Shown in pieces: positions 10,964 through 20,996 of a stretch of 64,000 bases of DNA (position 1 is the stretch's first letter; every line of letters begins with the position of its first letter). The position numbers were made by a program, and so were the translations under genes. The stretch is from Aulosira sp. ZfuVER01 (GTDB lineage Bacteria; Cyanobacteriota; Cyanobacteriia; Cyanobacteriales; Nostocaceae). The stretch is taken from positions 64,001 to 128,000 of the forward strand of contig JAVRCV020000015.1 in assembly GCA_034530615.2 (NCBI GenBank). Direction: 5' to 3'. The notes under the pieces were generated by a model. It had not been told where the DNA came from, ran no database searches, and saw only the letters and a program-made list of their open reading frames with translations.

Positions 10964-11980
10964 ATGCGCTATTCGCTTGTTAGTCGATTTCGTGGTGCTT
11001 TACTAGGGGCATTAGTTGGGGGAAGTTTAGCCTCTAGCCATCACAAAGAACTTCCGAACTGCTGTGACATTGATACAATGGCGGTTCTGGGTACTGAAAG
11101 TTTAATTGAACTTGGCAGATTAGATTTAGATGATTGGCAATCGCGTCAGCAACAAGCATCTAGTAATTTAGCTGTAACTAATAGCATTTCGTTGAAAGTG
11201 ATACTGGCTACATTACCAGTAGCGCTTTTTTTTCATGAAAATACACTTAAACTGCGACAAAACTTACTGCGTGTGTTAAAAATCTGGGAGGATGACCCAG
11301 TAATCCGGGATGGAACACTCGCTGTAGGGTATGCGATCGCGCAAAGCCTTACGGAAAAACTCCACCCCCGCACTCTGATTCCAGAGGCGATCGCCTTTAT
11401 TGGTGAAACGCCAACATCTCTACCACAACAGTTATTAAAAGTTAATGCTTTGTTAGATCGGGGAGCAGGATTAGAAAGGGCGCAAGTCGATTTGAGTAGA
11501 GGAGAAAAGCTAAGTAGTGCTATTGCTATGGCATTTTACTGCTTTCTTATTACCTTGGAAGACTACCGTTTGGCAGTTTTGCGGGCTACTCAACCAGGTG
11601 ATGTTTGGCAACAAGACCATTGGCGTTTACACTTACATAATATAAGTGCAATTACTGGTGCTTTATCGGGGGCCTATAATAGCACTGCGGGTATTCCAGT
11701 AGGTTGGCAGATCTTATACTCGCAAGCAAATTCGCCAGCATCAGGACTGAGCAATTTTTCTGGGGTGGTGGAATTAACTGATGCACTTGTGGCTGTATGG
11801 TCAGGATTGTATAATTTTGCTCAAGATTCCAGTCATTCAAGTGCAGAGGGAGATTCTCTACCTGAGTCAGAAGCATCTCTACCCTTACGGGAAGGCAGTC
11901 GTTACAAATCTGGAAATCAGAGCCACGTGCAGCCTCCTCTGTGCGTCTACGCAGCTCCTCGCGTTATCCGGTCGCGTTAA
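10964..11980 (+). CDS. ADP-ribosylglycohydrolase family protein (divergent)
   Basis: RFRGALLGALVG at N-terminus and ITGALSGAYNS..GIP..W near C-terminus. Canonical TDDT and DTDT metal motifs are not evident. Confidence 0.7.
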   Translation: MRYSLVSRFRGALLGALVGGSLASSHHKELPNCCDIDTMAVLGTESLIELGRLDLDDWQSRQQQASSNLAVTNSISLKVILATLPVALFFHENTLKLRQNLLRVLKIWEDDPVIRDGTLAVGYAIAQSLTEKLHPRTLIPEAIAFIGETPTSLPQQLLKVNALLDRGAGLERAQVDLSRGEKLSSAIAMAFYCFLITLEDYRLAVLRATQPGDVWQQDHWRLHLHNISAITGALSGAYNSTAGIPVGWQILYSQANSPASGLSNFSGVVELTDALVAVWSGLYNFAQDSSHSSAEGDSLPESEASLPLREGSRYKSGNQSHVQPPLCVYAAPRVIRSR

Positions 11981-12244
11981 TGCTATTTATACTGAGCAGT
12001 ATTGTAGACGTGACACCAACATTCAATCCTAGCAAGCAGTCAACAAATAAAAAATTTAGTAGTTCTTTATACTACAATTTCCAAAGAAACTCTTAACCTG
12101 ACTCTGTAGGTAGGTATTGTGGCCGATTTGCCACAAGCAAACCCCACCTCCGAAGTTCTGAGCGGCTTCGGTTGCTCCTGCTTGGACTTCCCCTAGGTTT
12201 GTCTTGTTTTGAGGTATCAAAGTAAGCAACTGTAGGCAGAGGTA

Positions 12245-14971
12245 ATGAAACATCAGCGATTCTTTCAATCTTTGACCCAGCAATTAACTCACTGGCGGCG
12301 ACAGTACAAAGTACTGCGTCGTAAAGGAAAATTGTTGAGGGTGGTTAACGATCAAAGTCACCACAGTCCCCTGGGAGAATTTCCCAGAAATGTGGTCAAT
12401 AACATACTCATGTATGTATCAAAAACTCATGAAACTAGCCACAAACCAAGAATAGTACTCAGATCGATCGCAAAATCGGTTAATCGTGAGCAGCTGATGG
12501 ATACAATTGGTTTAAGCTGGGTGCATGAAAATCGTTCCTCTGTGATTTTGGCGATCGCAGTTGTATCCCTTACAGGAGTAATCGGGTATAAGTTTTACAA
12601 TCAGCCCAAACTAAAACTGGAAACTGTTGCACCCCAAACAATTAAAGCCCCCCGCACATCCAAGATTGAAGATCGCAACAAAACCGAAGCCCAACGCAAA
12701 GCCGTCAGTAACAATTTTCTGCCCATATTAATGGTCGATATGCAAATCAATGAACAAATCGATCATAATTTGCAACAACTTTTAGATGAGGGTGATAAAA
12801 TTCGCGCTATAGCAGGGTCTTTCCCTTTTGTTGACACTTTAGACCTACCTGTAGCTAGTCAGCGCTATCTACGTACTTGTACAGAGCAAGAATGGAAAAA
12901 TATATTACTAGCTTTAGAAAAAACTAGAAAACAGCCAGTAGGATTGTTGCTGCCAAACCAGAAAAACAGTTCCACAAGCAAACAGTTATCTTCATCCTTG
13001 CAATCATCCACAACAGTACCCAAACAAGCCACATCCCCAAACACACCACAAGCATCTATCAAGTTGCTGCTTGAGAATACAAAACCAGTCAATGATTCTC
13101 CAAAAGCTGAATTGATTCAAGTAGTAGCGGAACTAGAAACTTACCGCATCAGAACTTCAGAACAACAATTTGCTTTACTGATCGCTCAAATTTTGCAAGT
13201 AAGGCAAAAATACGAACTAGCCAAGAAAAAACTGTTACAGCCAGAGGCGAAAAAATCGGCAGCAATCAATGGAGAACATATCCTCTTAGATCTGTCAGAT
13301 AAAGACTGGACAACAACACAAACATTAATCCGCCAGATTTCGCAACGAATTGTCACTCAAGGTATTCCATACGGACTACCAGCAAATGCTTTAAAAGATA
13401 CAGTGAGCTTGCAAGTGGAAACATTAGAACCGCAAGAAGCTCAACCTTTAGCAACCAAACTATTGTTGGCTGTGCTGCAACCGAATCTGAAGAAAGATGA
13501 AGGAAAAACGCAAGAACAGGCAAAAAAGGCAGCTGCCAAGGTTTTACCAATAATGGTTGAGGTAAAGCAGAATGAGGTAATTGTCAGTAAGGGACAAAAG
13601 ATTACTAAGTGGAATTTGCAGGTACTGGAACATTATGAATTAAATGAGCGAGAAACTAACTGGCCGGAGTTAATCAAGGTGACAGGTATTGTCATGACAG
13701 CAATTGGTATTTTTGTGGTGATCGAACGCCGTCTCAAAACCCAATTGCGACAGCGCGATCGCTTGTTAGTATTGCTGTTAACCCTCAGTACTCCAGGTAC
13801 GATCGCGGTTGGTGTGATACATACCACCTGGAGTGCCATTGGTTTATTGTTGGGTAGTTTTTATGGCCCTGCTTTGGGCGCAACAGTTGTTGGGCTACTG
13901 TTGCTAGTGCTACCAGTTAGCATAGAAATCAGTAAAATTACCTTGATAGCTGGTGCGGCGGGGGGAATAGTTGGCAGTTGTATGGCCAAACGACTGCGAT
14001 CGCGTGAAGAATTAGCATTATTAGGATTGGCGATCGCCTCAACTCAGGGAGGCATTTACTTAATACTCTCACTACTATGGGGTTCAGCTTCTTGGTATCT
14101 TATCCTGCAAGAAGCAGCGTTATTTGCTTTATCTGGTTTAGCGTGGAGTATTGTGGCCTTGGGCTTGAGTCCTTATTTAGAAAAACTTTTTGATTTAGTT
14201 ACCCCTATCCGATTAGCAGAACTAGCCAATCCTAATCGTCCGCTGTTAAAGCGATTGGCTACAGAAGCTCCCGGAACCTTTCAGCATACCCTGTTTGTTG
14301 CCACCTTAGCGGAAGCGGCTGCCAAAAAACTCGGATGCGATGTCGAACTAGTGAGAGCTGGCACACTCTACCACGACATTGGCAAAATGCACGATCCTCT
14401 TGGCTTTATTGAAAACCAAATGGGGGGACCGAATAAGCATGACACAGAGATTAACGATCCTTGGAAAAGTGCAGAAATTATTAAAAAGCACGTCAATGAA
14501 GGCTTGATGATGGCAAGGGAACATCTTTTACCAACAGCGATTCAAGCTTTCATCCCCGAACATCAGGGAACGATGCTGATTGCTTATTTCCATCACCAAG
14601 CCCAGCAAATGGCGAAGGAAGATCCGAGTTTAACAGTAGACGACGCTGATTTTCGCTACGATGGCCCAATTCCCCAGTCTAGAGAAACAGCAATTGTGAT
14701 GTTGGCAGATTCTTGTGAAGCGGCGCTGCGCACGCTGCAAGTTTCGACAAAGTCATCGCTCAAAGATACTTCGACTGAACAAGCTTTAACAATGGTTAAT
14801 AATATTCTCCGTGCCCGATGGCAAGACGATCAACTCGTAGATTCAGGACTCACACGAGATGAAGTTTCCAAAATTGCTCACATATTTGTGGAGGTTTGGC
14901 AGCAATTCCATCACAAACGTATTGCCTATCCTAAGTTAAAAACTAATAACGAGAAAATGTCTAAAGGGTGA
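12245..14971 (+). CDS. 7TM-HD (HDIG) membrane phosphohydrolase, PgpH-like
   Basis: Extracellular domain, TM bundle, ELANPNRPLL..LA.EAPGTFQH, LYHDIGK, FIENQ, EHQGT, FRYDGPIP, MLADSCEAA. True start may be downstream. Confidence 0.88.
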   Translation: MKHQRFFQSLTQQLTHWRRQYKVLRRKGKLLRVVNDQSHHSPLGEFPRNVVNNILMYVSKTHETSHKPRIVLRSIAKSVNREQLMDTIGLSWVHENRSSVILAIAVVSLTGVIGYKFYNQPKLKLETVAPQTIKAPRTSKIEDRNKTEAQRKAVSNNFLPILMVDMQINEQIDHNLQQLLDEGDKIRAIAGSFPFVDTLDLPVASQRYLRTCTEQEWKNILLALEKTRKQPVGLLLPNQKNSSTSKQLSSSLQSSTTVPKQATSPNTPQASIKLLLENTKPVNDSPKAELIQVVAELETYRIRTSEQQFALLIAQILQVRQKYELAKKKLLQPEAKKSAAINGEHILLDLSDKDWTTTQTLIRQISQRIVTQGIPYGLPANALKDTVSLQVETLEPQEAQPLATKLLLAVLQPNLKKDEGKTQEQAKKAAAKVLPIMVEVKQNEVIVSKGQKITKWNLQVLEHYELNERETNWPELIKVTGIVMTAIGIFVVIERRLKTQLRQRDRLLVLLLTLSTPGTIAVGVIHTTWSAIGLLLGSFYGPALGATVVGLLLLVLPVSIEISKITLIAGAAGGIVGSCMAKRLRSREELALLGLAIASTQGGIYLILSLLWGSASWYLILQEAALFALSGLAWSIVALGLSPYLEKLFDLVTPIRLAELANPNRPLLKRLATEAPGTFQHTLFVATLAEAAAKKLGCDVELVRAGTLYHDIGKMHDPLGFIENQMGGPNKHDTEINDPWKSAEIIKKHVNEGLMMAREHLLPTAIQAFIPEHQGTMLIAYFHHQAQQMAKEDPSLTVDDADFRYDGPIPQSRETAIVMLADSCEAALRTLQVSTKSSLKDTSTEQALTMVNNILRARWQDDQLVDSGLTRDEVSKIAHIFVEVWQQFHHKRIAYPKLKTNNEKMSKG

Positions 14972-15027
14972 AAATTTTCATAAGTAGGTTGGCGCAATTA
15001 AATATAAATTATGAGTGTCCTCATTTG

Positions 15028-16560
15028 TCATTGGTTATTTCTCATTGGTAAGGGTTTTAAAGGAGTTTCTTTTAATAAATAATGAGTACCTAAATGATTT
15101 TGATACGTTTTTAAATAGTTTTCATTGAGATAACTATTTAGATAGTTCTGAATAGTTTGAGATTTACATAGTAAAACTTGCTCTGGATGATAATTTTCAA
15201 AAACTGCAAGAATTTGTTCAGGTGTGATAGTTTTCGACTCTATCCTTTTACGGGATAAAACTCCAATTTCTGGAGGAACAGGTAAGCCTGAATAAAAAGC
15301 ATAAATTGGACAATTTGTGAAAACCCATTTGGTAAATGGTTTATTTTTTAACAAAATGTTAACGAATTGAATATGCTCCTGACTTTGCTCTAAATATCTA
15401 TGATTTTCTAAAATAATTACTCCTAACTTAATCGGAGTCACAATAATTGAGAAAATTACGAATCCTGCTGCTAAACCTGAGAAAGTGATTTTTTTAAAAT
15501 TACGAGGCTTAAACTTAGCGTACCATTTCCGCTGTTGAAAAAAATTAAACGATAATGTTACTCCGTAAGTAGCTAACCAAGCTAGAGGAATAGACAGTAA
15601 AAGGTAGTGATGATACCAGACTGGTCGGTGATTAAGCAGAACTATGAAACCTGTTATTAGCCAAATTATCGGAAAATATTTCTCCCATTCTTTTTTTTGA
15701 AAGATAACTATAATAGCCAAAATTGCTAAAAGTAGATAATCGAAATCCTGGAGTAGAAATAAAAATGTTAACTTCAAACTATTTCCTGTCTGAAAAGCTG
15801 TTTTTACCCTATTATTTAAATGCGATTGTAGTAATTGTTCATAAGTAAGAGAGTTACACAAAATACCAATTAATATGAAAACACTAGAAAAAGCAGTGAT
15901 CCATAAAATTGCATCAAAAAATAAACTCCCTTTTAATTGACGGTGAGAATTTTTTTTTACAGTAAATTGTAATAGATCAAATATAATTAAAGGAACTATA
16001 AAACCTGTAAATAATTTTATTTGTAAAGAAATTCCCAAAAGTGCTCCCGATATAATAATTAAAACTTTAGAAAATTTTTGAGTGAAAATTTGTTTATATA
16101 AAGTCAATGCATAAATTGAGAGCATAACCATTACCAAACATGGCAAATCAATCATTACAGAAACACTGAGTCTGAGAAAATTACATGAAATTATTAGCAT
16201 TAAAGTGCCAATAACTGCTTGTAAATTGCCTAAATAAATCCGTATGGTTTGACAGAAAGACCATATAAGTATTGTTGAGAAACTTAAAGTTAAAAGCCTT
16301 GCAGAATAGATTGATTTGCCAAACCAACCAAGCCAGGATGCTAAAATAACTGTGAAAAGAGGTGGTTGGTCATTCCAAACCTGTGTATACATAGAAAATC
16401 CATCTAAGTGCAAGGTAGCTTTGATCAATTCAATACCTTCATCACTTGAATCGAATTGAAATACCTGCTGAATAGGCATAAAGTAAATAGTAAAAATAAC
16501 AAAACTAGCGGGTATTATGAAATTAAATAATAAAAATGTTTTTAGCTTATTAGCGCTCAT
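15028..16560 (-). CDS. GT-C (ArnT/PMT, family 39-like) membrane glycosyltransferase
   Basis: DEG, WNDQPPLF, ARLL, multiple TM helices; very AT-rich. Confidence 0.75.
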   Translation of the reverse strand: MSANKLKTFLLFNFIIPASFVIFTIYFMPIQQVFQFDSSDEGIELIKATLHLDGFSMYTQVWNDQPPLFTVILASWLGWFGKSIYSARLLTLSFSTILIWSFCQTIRIYLGNLQAVIGTLMLIISCNFLRLSVSVMIDLPCLVMVMLSIYALTLYKQIFTQKFSKVLIIISGALLGISLQIKLFTGFIVPLIIFDLLQFTVKKNSHRQLKGSLFFDAILWITAFSSVFILIGILCNSLTYEQLLQSHLNNRVKTAFQTGNSLKLTFLFLLQDFDYLLLAILAIIVIFQKKEWEKYFPIIWLITGFIVLLNHRPVWYHHYLLLSIPLAWLATYGVTLSFNFFQQRKWYAKFKPRNFKKITFSGLAAGFVIFSIIVTPIKLGVIILENHRYLEQSQEHIQFVNILLKNKPFTKWVFTNCPIYAFYSGLPVPPEIGVLSRKRIESKTITPEQILAVFENYHPEQVLLCKSQTIQNYLNSYLNENYLKTYQNHLGTHYLLKETPLKPLPMRNNQ

Positions 16561-16682
16561 ATATTCATGAATTTATGAAAATATAGATAGTTGTACAAAC
16601 TAAATGTACATTTAGAAGATTATACGACAACTTGCCATCAAAGATTATTTGATTAAAGTTTCAATCACAATATCAAAAACTT

Positions 16683-18371
16683 CTAATTACTGCATCGATA
16701 AAGCTGATAAGGAATACCAATGCGATAGTGATGTGAAGGGTCTATGGTACAATTCATTTGATGAGGAAGTACCAACTGCGGCGGATAATCTTGCTCGATC
16801 ATTCCAGGGCCAACTATCCATAAATTTAGCTTAGATATTACTGGTATTGGCAGTTGGGAAAGTTTGTTCCATAAAGCTGATAAATTAGGGTATTTCTGTA
16901 AAATCGCCAAACTATCACTGCTAGATATATTTGTGGGGTGATTAATTTTGTATTCTACTGAAGAAGGTTGGCTCCTCAGCTGCTCCAGTGCTAAAGCAAA
17001 ACTTAGTCCCAAAGCTACATCTTGATAATTGCTATATCCTACCACTAGCATTACTGGTATTGAAGACTCTAGATTCATATTCTGAGCTACTTTCTCAGGG
17101 TAAAAAGGCTTTTGAAAAACTAGGTTGTTAACAACAATAACAGAACTGACAATTCCTAATAATACAATAATTAATTGCGCCTTTTTATGTTGGCTAATGC
17201 TGGCTGCTAAAAGGGCACAAAAGCTAGGATAATAGACAAAATGATAACGGGGAACAATAGTGATATCTTTTCCTAAAAAATAAACAATAGCAAAAAATTG
17301 TAATAAGACGAAAATAGTAAAAATCAACAGCGTTAATGTTGCTAAATTAGTTTTACTTTGGCAACATAGCAGTTTTAAACCTTTGTAGGCTTGCCATCCC
17401 ACCAAAATAGCAAAAATCACCATCAAAAAACCATACATAGCTGCAATTGCTAAAGGCTGATTTTCCACAGGTAGAGCAATTACCATTAATACCCAGCTAA
17501 TCAAAGTTTGATATATAGGTGCAATATTATTGGGAGTGGGCAACCAATTAGTTTGAGAAAAGTTAGAATGGCTGACTATTACTAACAACCAAGGTATGAA
17601 GCTAATTAGAACTGTGCTGGTAGAGAGAATTAAAACCAACAAAATTTTGCGTTTGTTAAGTAGCTTTGCCTTACCCCAGTTCATCAGCACAAGTAGCGTC
17701 AGAATTTCAGCAATGAAAGCTAAAACAAAAAAGTAGTGTACATAAAGCCCGATAATATTAACAACTGTCCATAAAAGCCAAACCCAAATTCTGATAGTTT
17801 TGTTCTGAAAAATATCTCGCTGAATTTGCAAGAGTCCTAATAAAGCTAAAGTTATCAGAAACATGGGTATGGTGTAGTGCCGTGCTTCTTGGGAAAGATA
17901 GACAGCAAAAGGAGAAACAGCTATCAGTAATGCTCCTACTATTCCAGCAGCGGGGGAAAAGGCGATATTATTGACAGCATAAATTGCCGCGATCGCACCT
18001 ACACCAAACAAAGCTGGCAATAATCGCAATTCCTGCACACAAGCTTGGCAGAAGGGATTTATCCACTCCAGCCAACTATACATTCCGCAAAAAAATAATG
18101 GTGGATGAGTAGATTGGGTAGCAAGATTGTTTGCAATCTGAGCATAGGTAATACCAGGTTTGAATGTAAAAATTTCCGGTACGCGCTCAAGTGGAAACAG
18201 CACATCCAAAGGCAAATTATTGTAATTGTTTCCCATGCTGAAAATAGCAGTAATTACCTCATCCATCCATAGAGGTTTTAAGTCTAAATTCCAAAAGCGC
18301 AAGCTCGCACCCAGTATAATCGCCCCAGCTAAACATAGATAATGTAGATAAAGTCTGCGCTTTGTTGTCAT
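16683..18371 (-). CDS. GT-C (family 39-like) membrane glycosyltransferase
   Basis: LRFWNL..KPLWMDE, HPPLFF, SPFAVYLSQEARHY, PRY. Confidence 0.8.
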   Translation of the reverse strand: MTTKRRLYLHYLCLAGAIILGASLRFWNLDLKPLWMDEVITAIFSMGNNYNNLPLDVLFPLERVPEIFTFKPGITYAQIANNLATQSTHPPLFFCGMYSWLEWINPFCQACVQELRLLPALFGVGAIAAIYAVNNIAFSPAAGIVGALLIAVSPFAVYLSQEARHYTIPMFLITLALLGLLQIQRDIFQNKTIRIWVWLLWTVVNIIGLYVHYFFVLAFIAEILTLLVLMNWGKAKLLNKRKILLVLILSTSTVLISFIPWLLVIVSHSNFSQTNWLPTPNNIAPIYQTLISWVLMVIALPVENQPLAIAAMYGFLMVIFAILVGWQAYKGLKLLCCQSKTNLATLTLLIFTIFVLLQFFAIVYFLGKDITIVPRYHFVYYPSFCALLAASISQHKKAQLIIVLLGIVSSVIVVNNLVFQKPFYPEKVAQNMNLESSIPVMLVVGYSNYQDVALGLSFALALEQLRSQPSSVEYKINHPTNISSSDSLAILQKYPNLSALWNKLSQLPIPVISKLNLWIVGPGMIEQDYPPQLVLPHQMNCTIDPSHHYRIGIPYQLYRCSN

Positions 18372-18619
18372 CTATCTATTGCAATATATTGATATGTGAT
18401 TGAAGATTTACAACTATAGGTAGAAAAAGATAGGCATGAAATATTGAAATCTTTAAAAAGACAGCTAAGATTATTTTGCCTTATTTCGAGCAATAATACT
18501 TATTTTTATATTTTAGATTTTGGATTTTATACCAATTCAGTTAATGAGCGTGGCATAGAGATTGTCGCAAACCTCTACAGATACATCCGTTACATTCTGT
18601 ATTCCTAACTTTAAAAATT

Positions 18620-18652
18620 AGATCCCCAGCTTCTCAAAGAAGTCGGGGATCT
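18620..18652. repeat. REP-like palindrome AGATCCCC..CTTCT..AAGAAGTCGGGGATCT
   Basis: Near-perfect hairpin. Related copy at 34164-34195 and half copy near 37941-37958. Confidence 0.6.
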
Positions 18653-18677
18653 GGACAGCGCGAATTTTCACAAAGTA

Positions 18678-19916
18678 TTATGGTTGATTGAACAGTAAAA
18701 ATACCGTTTGTCCTATACCCACAATCACACCCAAAACTCCGCCTAAAGTCACAATTGCCTGCAATTCATTTTTAACAATACCTTCAATTGCCGCTTCTAA
18801 ATCAGCGGGTGAAGTTGATTTGACGCGGTCAACAATCACCTGATCTATGGATAAAATTGGAATTATTTGAGCTACAATTACTTCTAAATCTTTTTCTAAA
18901 TATCGCTCTAAAATTAAAGCTAATTCTTGACTCACTACTTCTAATGAACTATTGACTACAGGTGAGGTACTAAGACGATTTAGTAGTAAGGAAGCAATAT
19001 TTTCCCAATCAACGGAGTCAGTTAATCCTTGTAACAAATCACTGCCACTTGATTGTAGGTAGTGGCGGACACTTTCTCTGGTAGTTTTTCGCAGTTGCCT
19101 TACTGTTCCCACTGGCAAATTTTGCAAGGATAAATTTTGCAATAATTTTTTGACGCGATCGCGCATTTGCAATTCTTGAATCAATTCTTTCAATCGAGCA
19201 TTGCTAGCTTCTTTCTCATCTAAGCAAAAAGCTCTGAGTCTGGTGAGAGTATTGCGTAAACCAAACAAATTCGCTACTACCCAATAAGTACCGCTGGTTT
19301 TTTCCCGAAAGCTTTCATCAATAGTTTGAATTGTGCGATCGGTTAAAAAATCAACTATAGTTTGCCGCAGCACATCTGGCGGTAACACTACTTCTATTAG
19401 CCAATCAGCCAGTCTTTTGGATTGTTCTTCACTGAGTTGAAATTCCAAGAGTACTTGGTCAAAAATTTGATTGATTTGAACTTCTAAAAAGTCTTCACGC
19501 CGTGCTAAAACTCTCAAGAGACGTGGCAAGGATTCACCTAACAGATCGCGCAAAATTCCTGCCACAATCTTGGCACTTTTTTGATTTTTTTCCTCTGAGT
19601 TAATTTGGTCGAGGGCTAGTTTTAACAACCACAAAATTGCTGCTTGTACCCGTTCTGTTTGCAACAGACGACGGGCGAGATTTTGCAATTCCTCTGGTGT
19701 CAAAAGTGACCCCATAATTGTATTAGAAATTTTCAGAGCCAAACGTTCCTGGTTACGGGGAATCAATCCAGGTGTAAACGGTATTCTTTGCTTACCGATA
19801 TAAATGGCTCGGTAGGGGCGAAACAACATTTTAATGGCTATATCATTTGTGAAATAGCCGATAATTCCACCTATCACCGGGGGTGATAGATAAAGCCACA
19901 GATGAGACCAATCCAC
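18678..19916 (-). CDS. DUF445 family membrane-anchored protein
   Basis: [32 protein letters not shown]-terminal [13 protein letters not shown]. Confidence 0.9.
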   Translation of the reverse strand: MDWSHLWLYLSPPVIGGIIGYFTNDIAIKMLFRPYRAIYIGKQRIPFTPGLIPRNQERLALKISNTIMGSLLTPEELQNLARRLLQTERVQAAILWLLKLALDQINSEEKNQKSAKIVAGILRDLLGESLPRLLRVLARREDFLEVQINQIFDQVLLEFQLSEEQSKRLADWLIEVVLPPDVLRQTIVDFLTDRTIQTIDESFREKTSGTYWVVANLFGLRNTLTRLRAFCLDEKEASNARLKELIQELQMRDRVKKLLQNLSLQNLPVGTVRQLRKTTRESVRHYLQSSGSDLLQGLTDSVDWENIASLLLNRLSTSPVVNSSLEVVSQELALILERYLEKDLEVIVAQIIPILSIDQVIVDRVKSTSPADLEAAIEGIVKNELQAIVTLGGVLGVIVGIGQTVFLLFNQP

Positions 19917-19954
19917 AGAATTTTGGACTTACCAATTTTGGATTTTGAACTTGG

Positions 19955-20037
19955 GGAAAAGTTGAGCCAGTCGCTTGCGGGGGTTCCCGTTTAAGGAGAT
20001 AGCTCTGCATTGGTCTCCCAACCTAGCAAACTTTTCC
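19955..20037. repeat. Small dispersed palindromic repeat (SDR-like), composite
   Basis: GGAAAAGTTG...CAAACTTTTCC ends with inner GGGGTTCCC, flanked by ATTTTGG/CCAAAAT heptamers. Confidence 0.6.
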
Positions 20038-20122
20038 AAAAGAATTTTAGATTAAATAGTTGATTTTTGGATTCAAGAATCTCTGTTTCTTTACAAGTAG
20101 ACTTCAATCCAAAATTTCCAAT

Positions 20123-20815
20123 CTAAAATTTACTAACTACCAGCACTCCCATCATACCGTTCGCAATGGGGTAGTGTGTGGCGGCAGCAAAACCAACTTG
20201 AGAAGCTAATTCTACTTGCTCTTTGCCAACGGGAAAGCGGTCTAAGCTGGGACTGATGTAGGCGTATTCTTCTTTGACTCCCAACTGGGTGGCGGCTGGT
20301 ACAACAATATTCTCTAGATACCATTGCTGAAACGATCGCAGCTGCGCATTCTCTGGTCGATGAAAATCTAAAATTGCGGCTTTGGCTCCAGGCTTAAGAA
20401 CGCGATACAACTCTTTGAGACTGCGGGGAATATCTTTAACATTTCTTAAACCATAGCCCATTGTTGCAGCATCAAACTTATTATCCTCAAAAGGTAAATC
20501 GAGGACATCGGCTTCAACCCAGGTAATGTTTGGGTGGAGGTACTGTCTTTGAGAGCGTTCTTTAGCCATCGCTAGCAGGTTGGCGGAGAAATCCACTCCG
20601 TACACCTTTCCTGTTGCGCCCACACGCCTTGCTAAACCTAATGTGATATCGCCACTTCCGCAACACAAATCTAGGCAAGTATCTCCAGGCTCAGGGTTGC
20701 TCCATTTGATTGCCATTGCCTTCCAAATGCGGTGTTGCCCCAAACTCAACCAATCGTTCAACTGGTCGTAAACAGGAGCAATACGGTCAAAAATATCGCG
20801 AATTTCGTGAGTCAT
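20123..20815 (-). CDS. menG: UbiE/MenG family methyltransferase (demethylphylloquinol methyltransferase)
   Basis: FDRIAPVYDQLNDWLSLGQHRIWK, LDLCCGSGD, LPFEDNKFD, GYGLRNV, RVLKPG. Confidence 0.88.
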   Translation of the reverse strand: MTHEIRDIFDRIAPVYDQLNDWLSLGQHRIWKAMAIKWSNPEPGDTCLDLCCGSGDITLGLARRVGATGKVYGVDFSANLLAMAKERSQRQYLHPNITWVEADVLDLPFEDNKFDAATMGYGLRNVKDIPRSLKELYRVLKPGAKAAILDFHRPENAQLRSFQQWYLENIVVPAATQLGVKEEYAYISPSLDRFPVGKEQVELASQVGFAAATHYPIANGMMGVLVVSKF

Positions 20816-20848
20816 TAGTCAAAAAGTCAAGAGTCAAGAGTCAAGGGG

Positions 20849-20949
20849 AGCCACTGTGGTGAGACACTGCGTTGCGGGGGTTCCCCCCGTTGAAGGAAGT
20901 GTCGAACCCGTAAGGGTCTTGGGGTCTCCCCAATTAAAGCAAGTGGCGT
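20849..20949. repeat. Nested small dispersed repeats (one element inserted in another)
   Basis: Outer GCCACT...TTGGGGTCTCCCCAA...AGTGGC interrupted by inner GACACT...GGGGGTTCCCCC...AGTGTC (about 20861-20914). Confidence 0.65.
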
Positions 20950-20996
20950 TCAAAAGTCAATAGTTGAACTTTGGACTCCAGACCATTGACTCTTGA

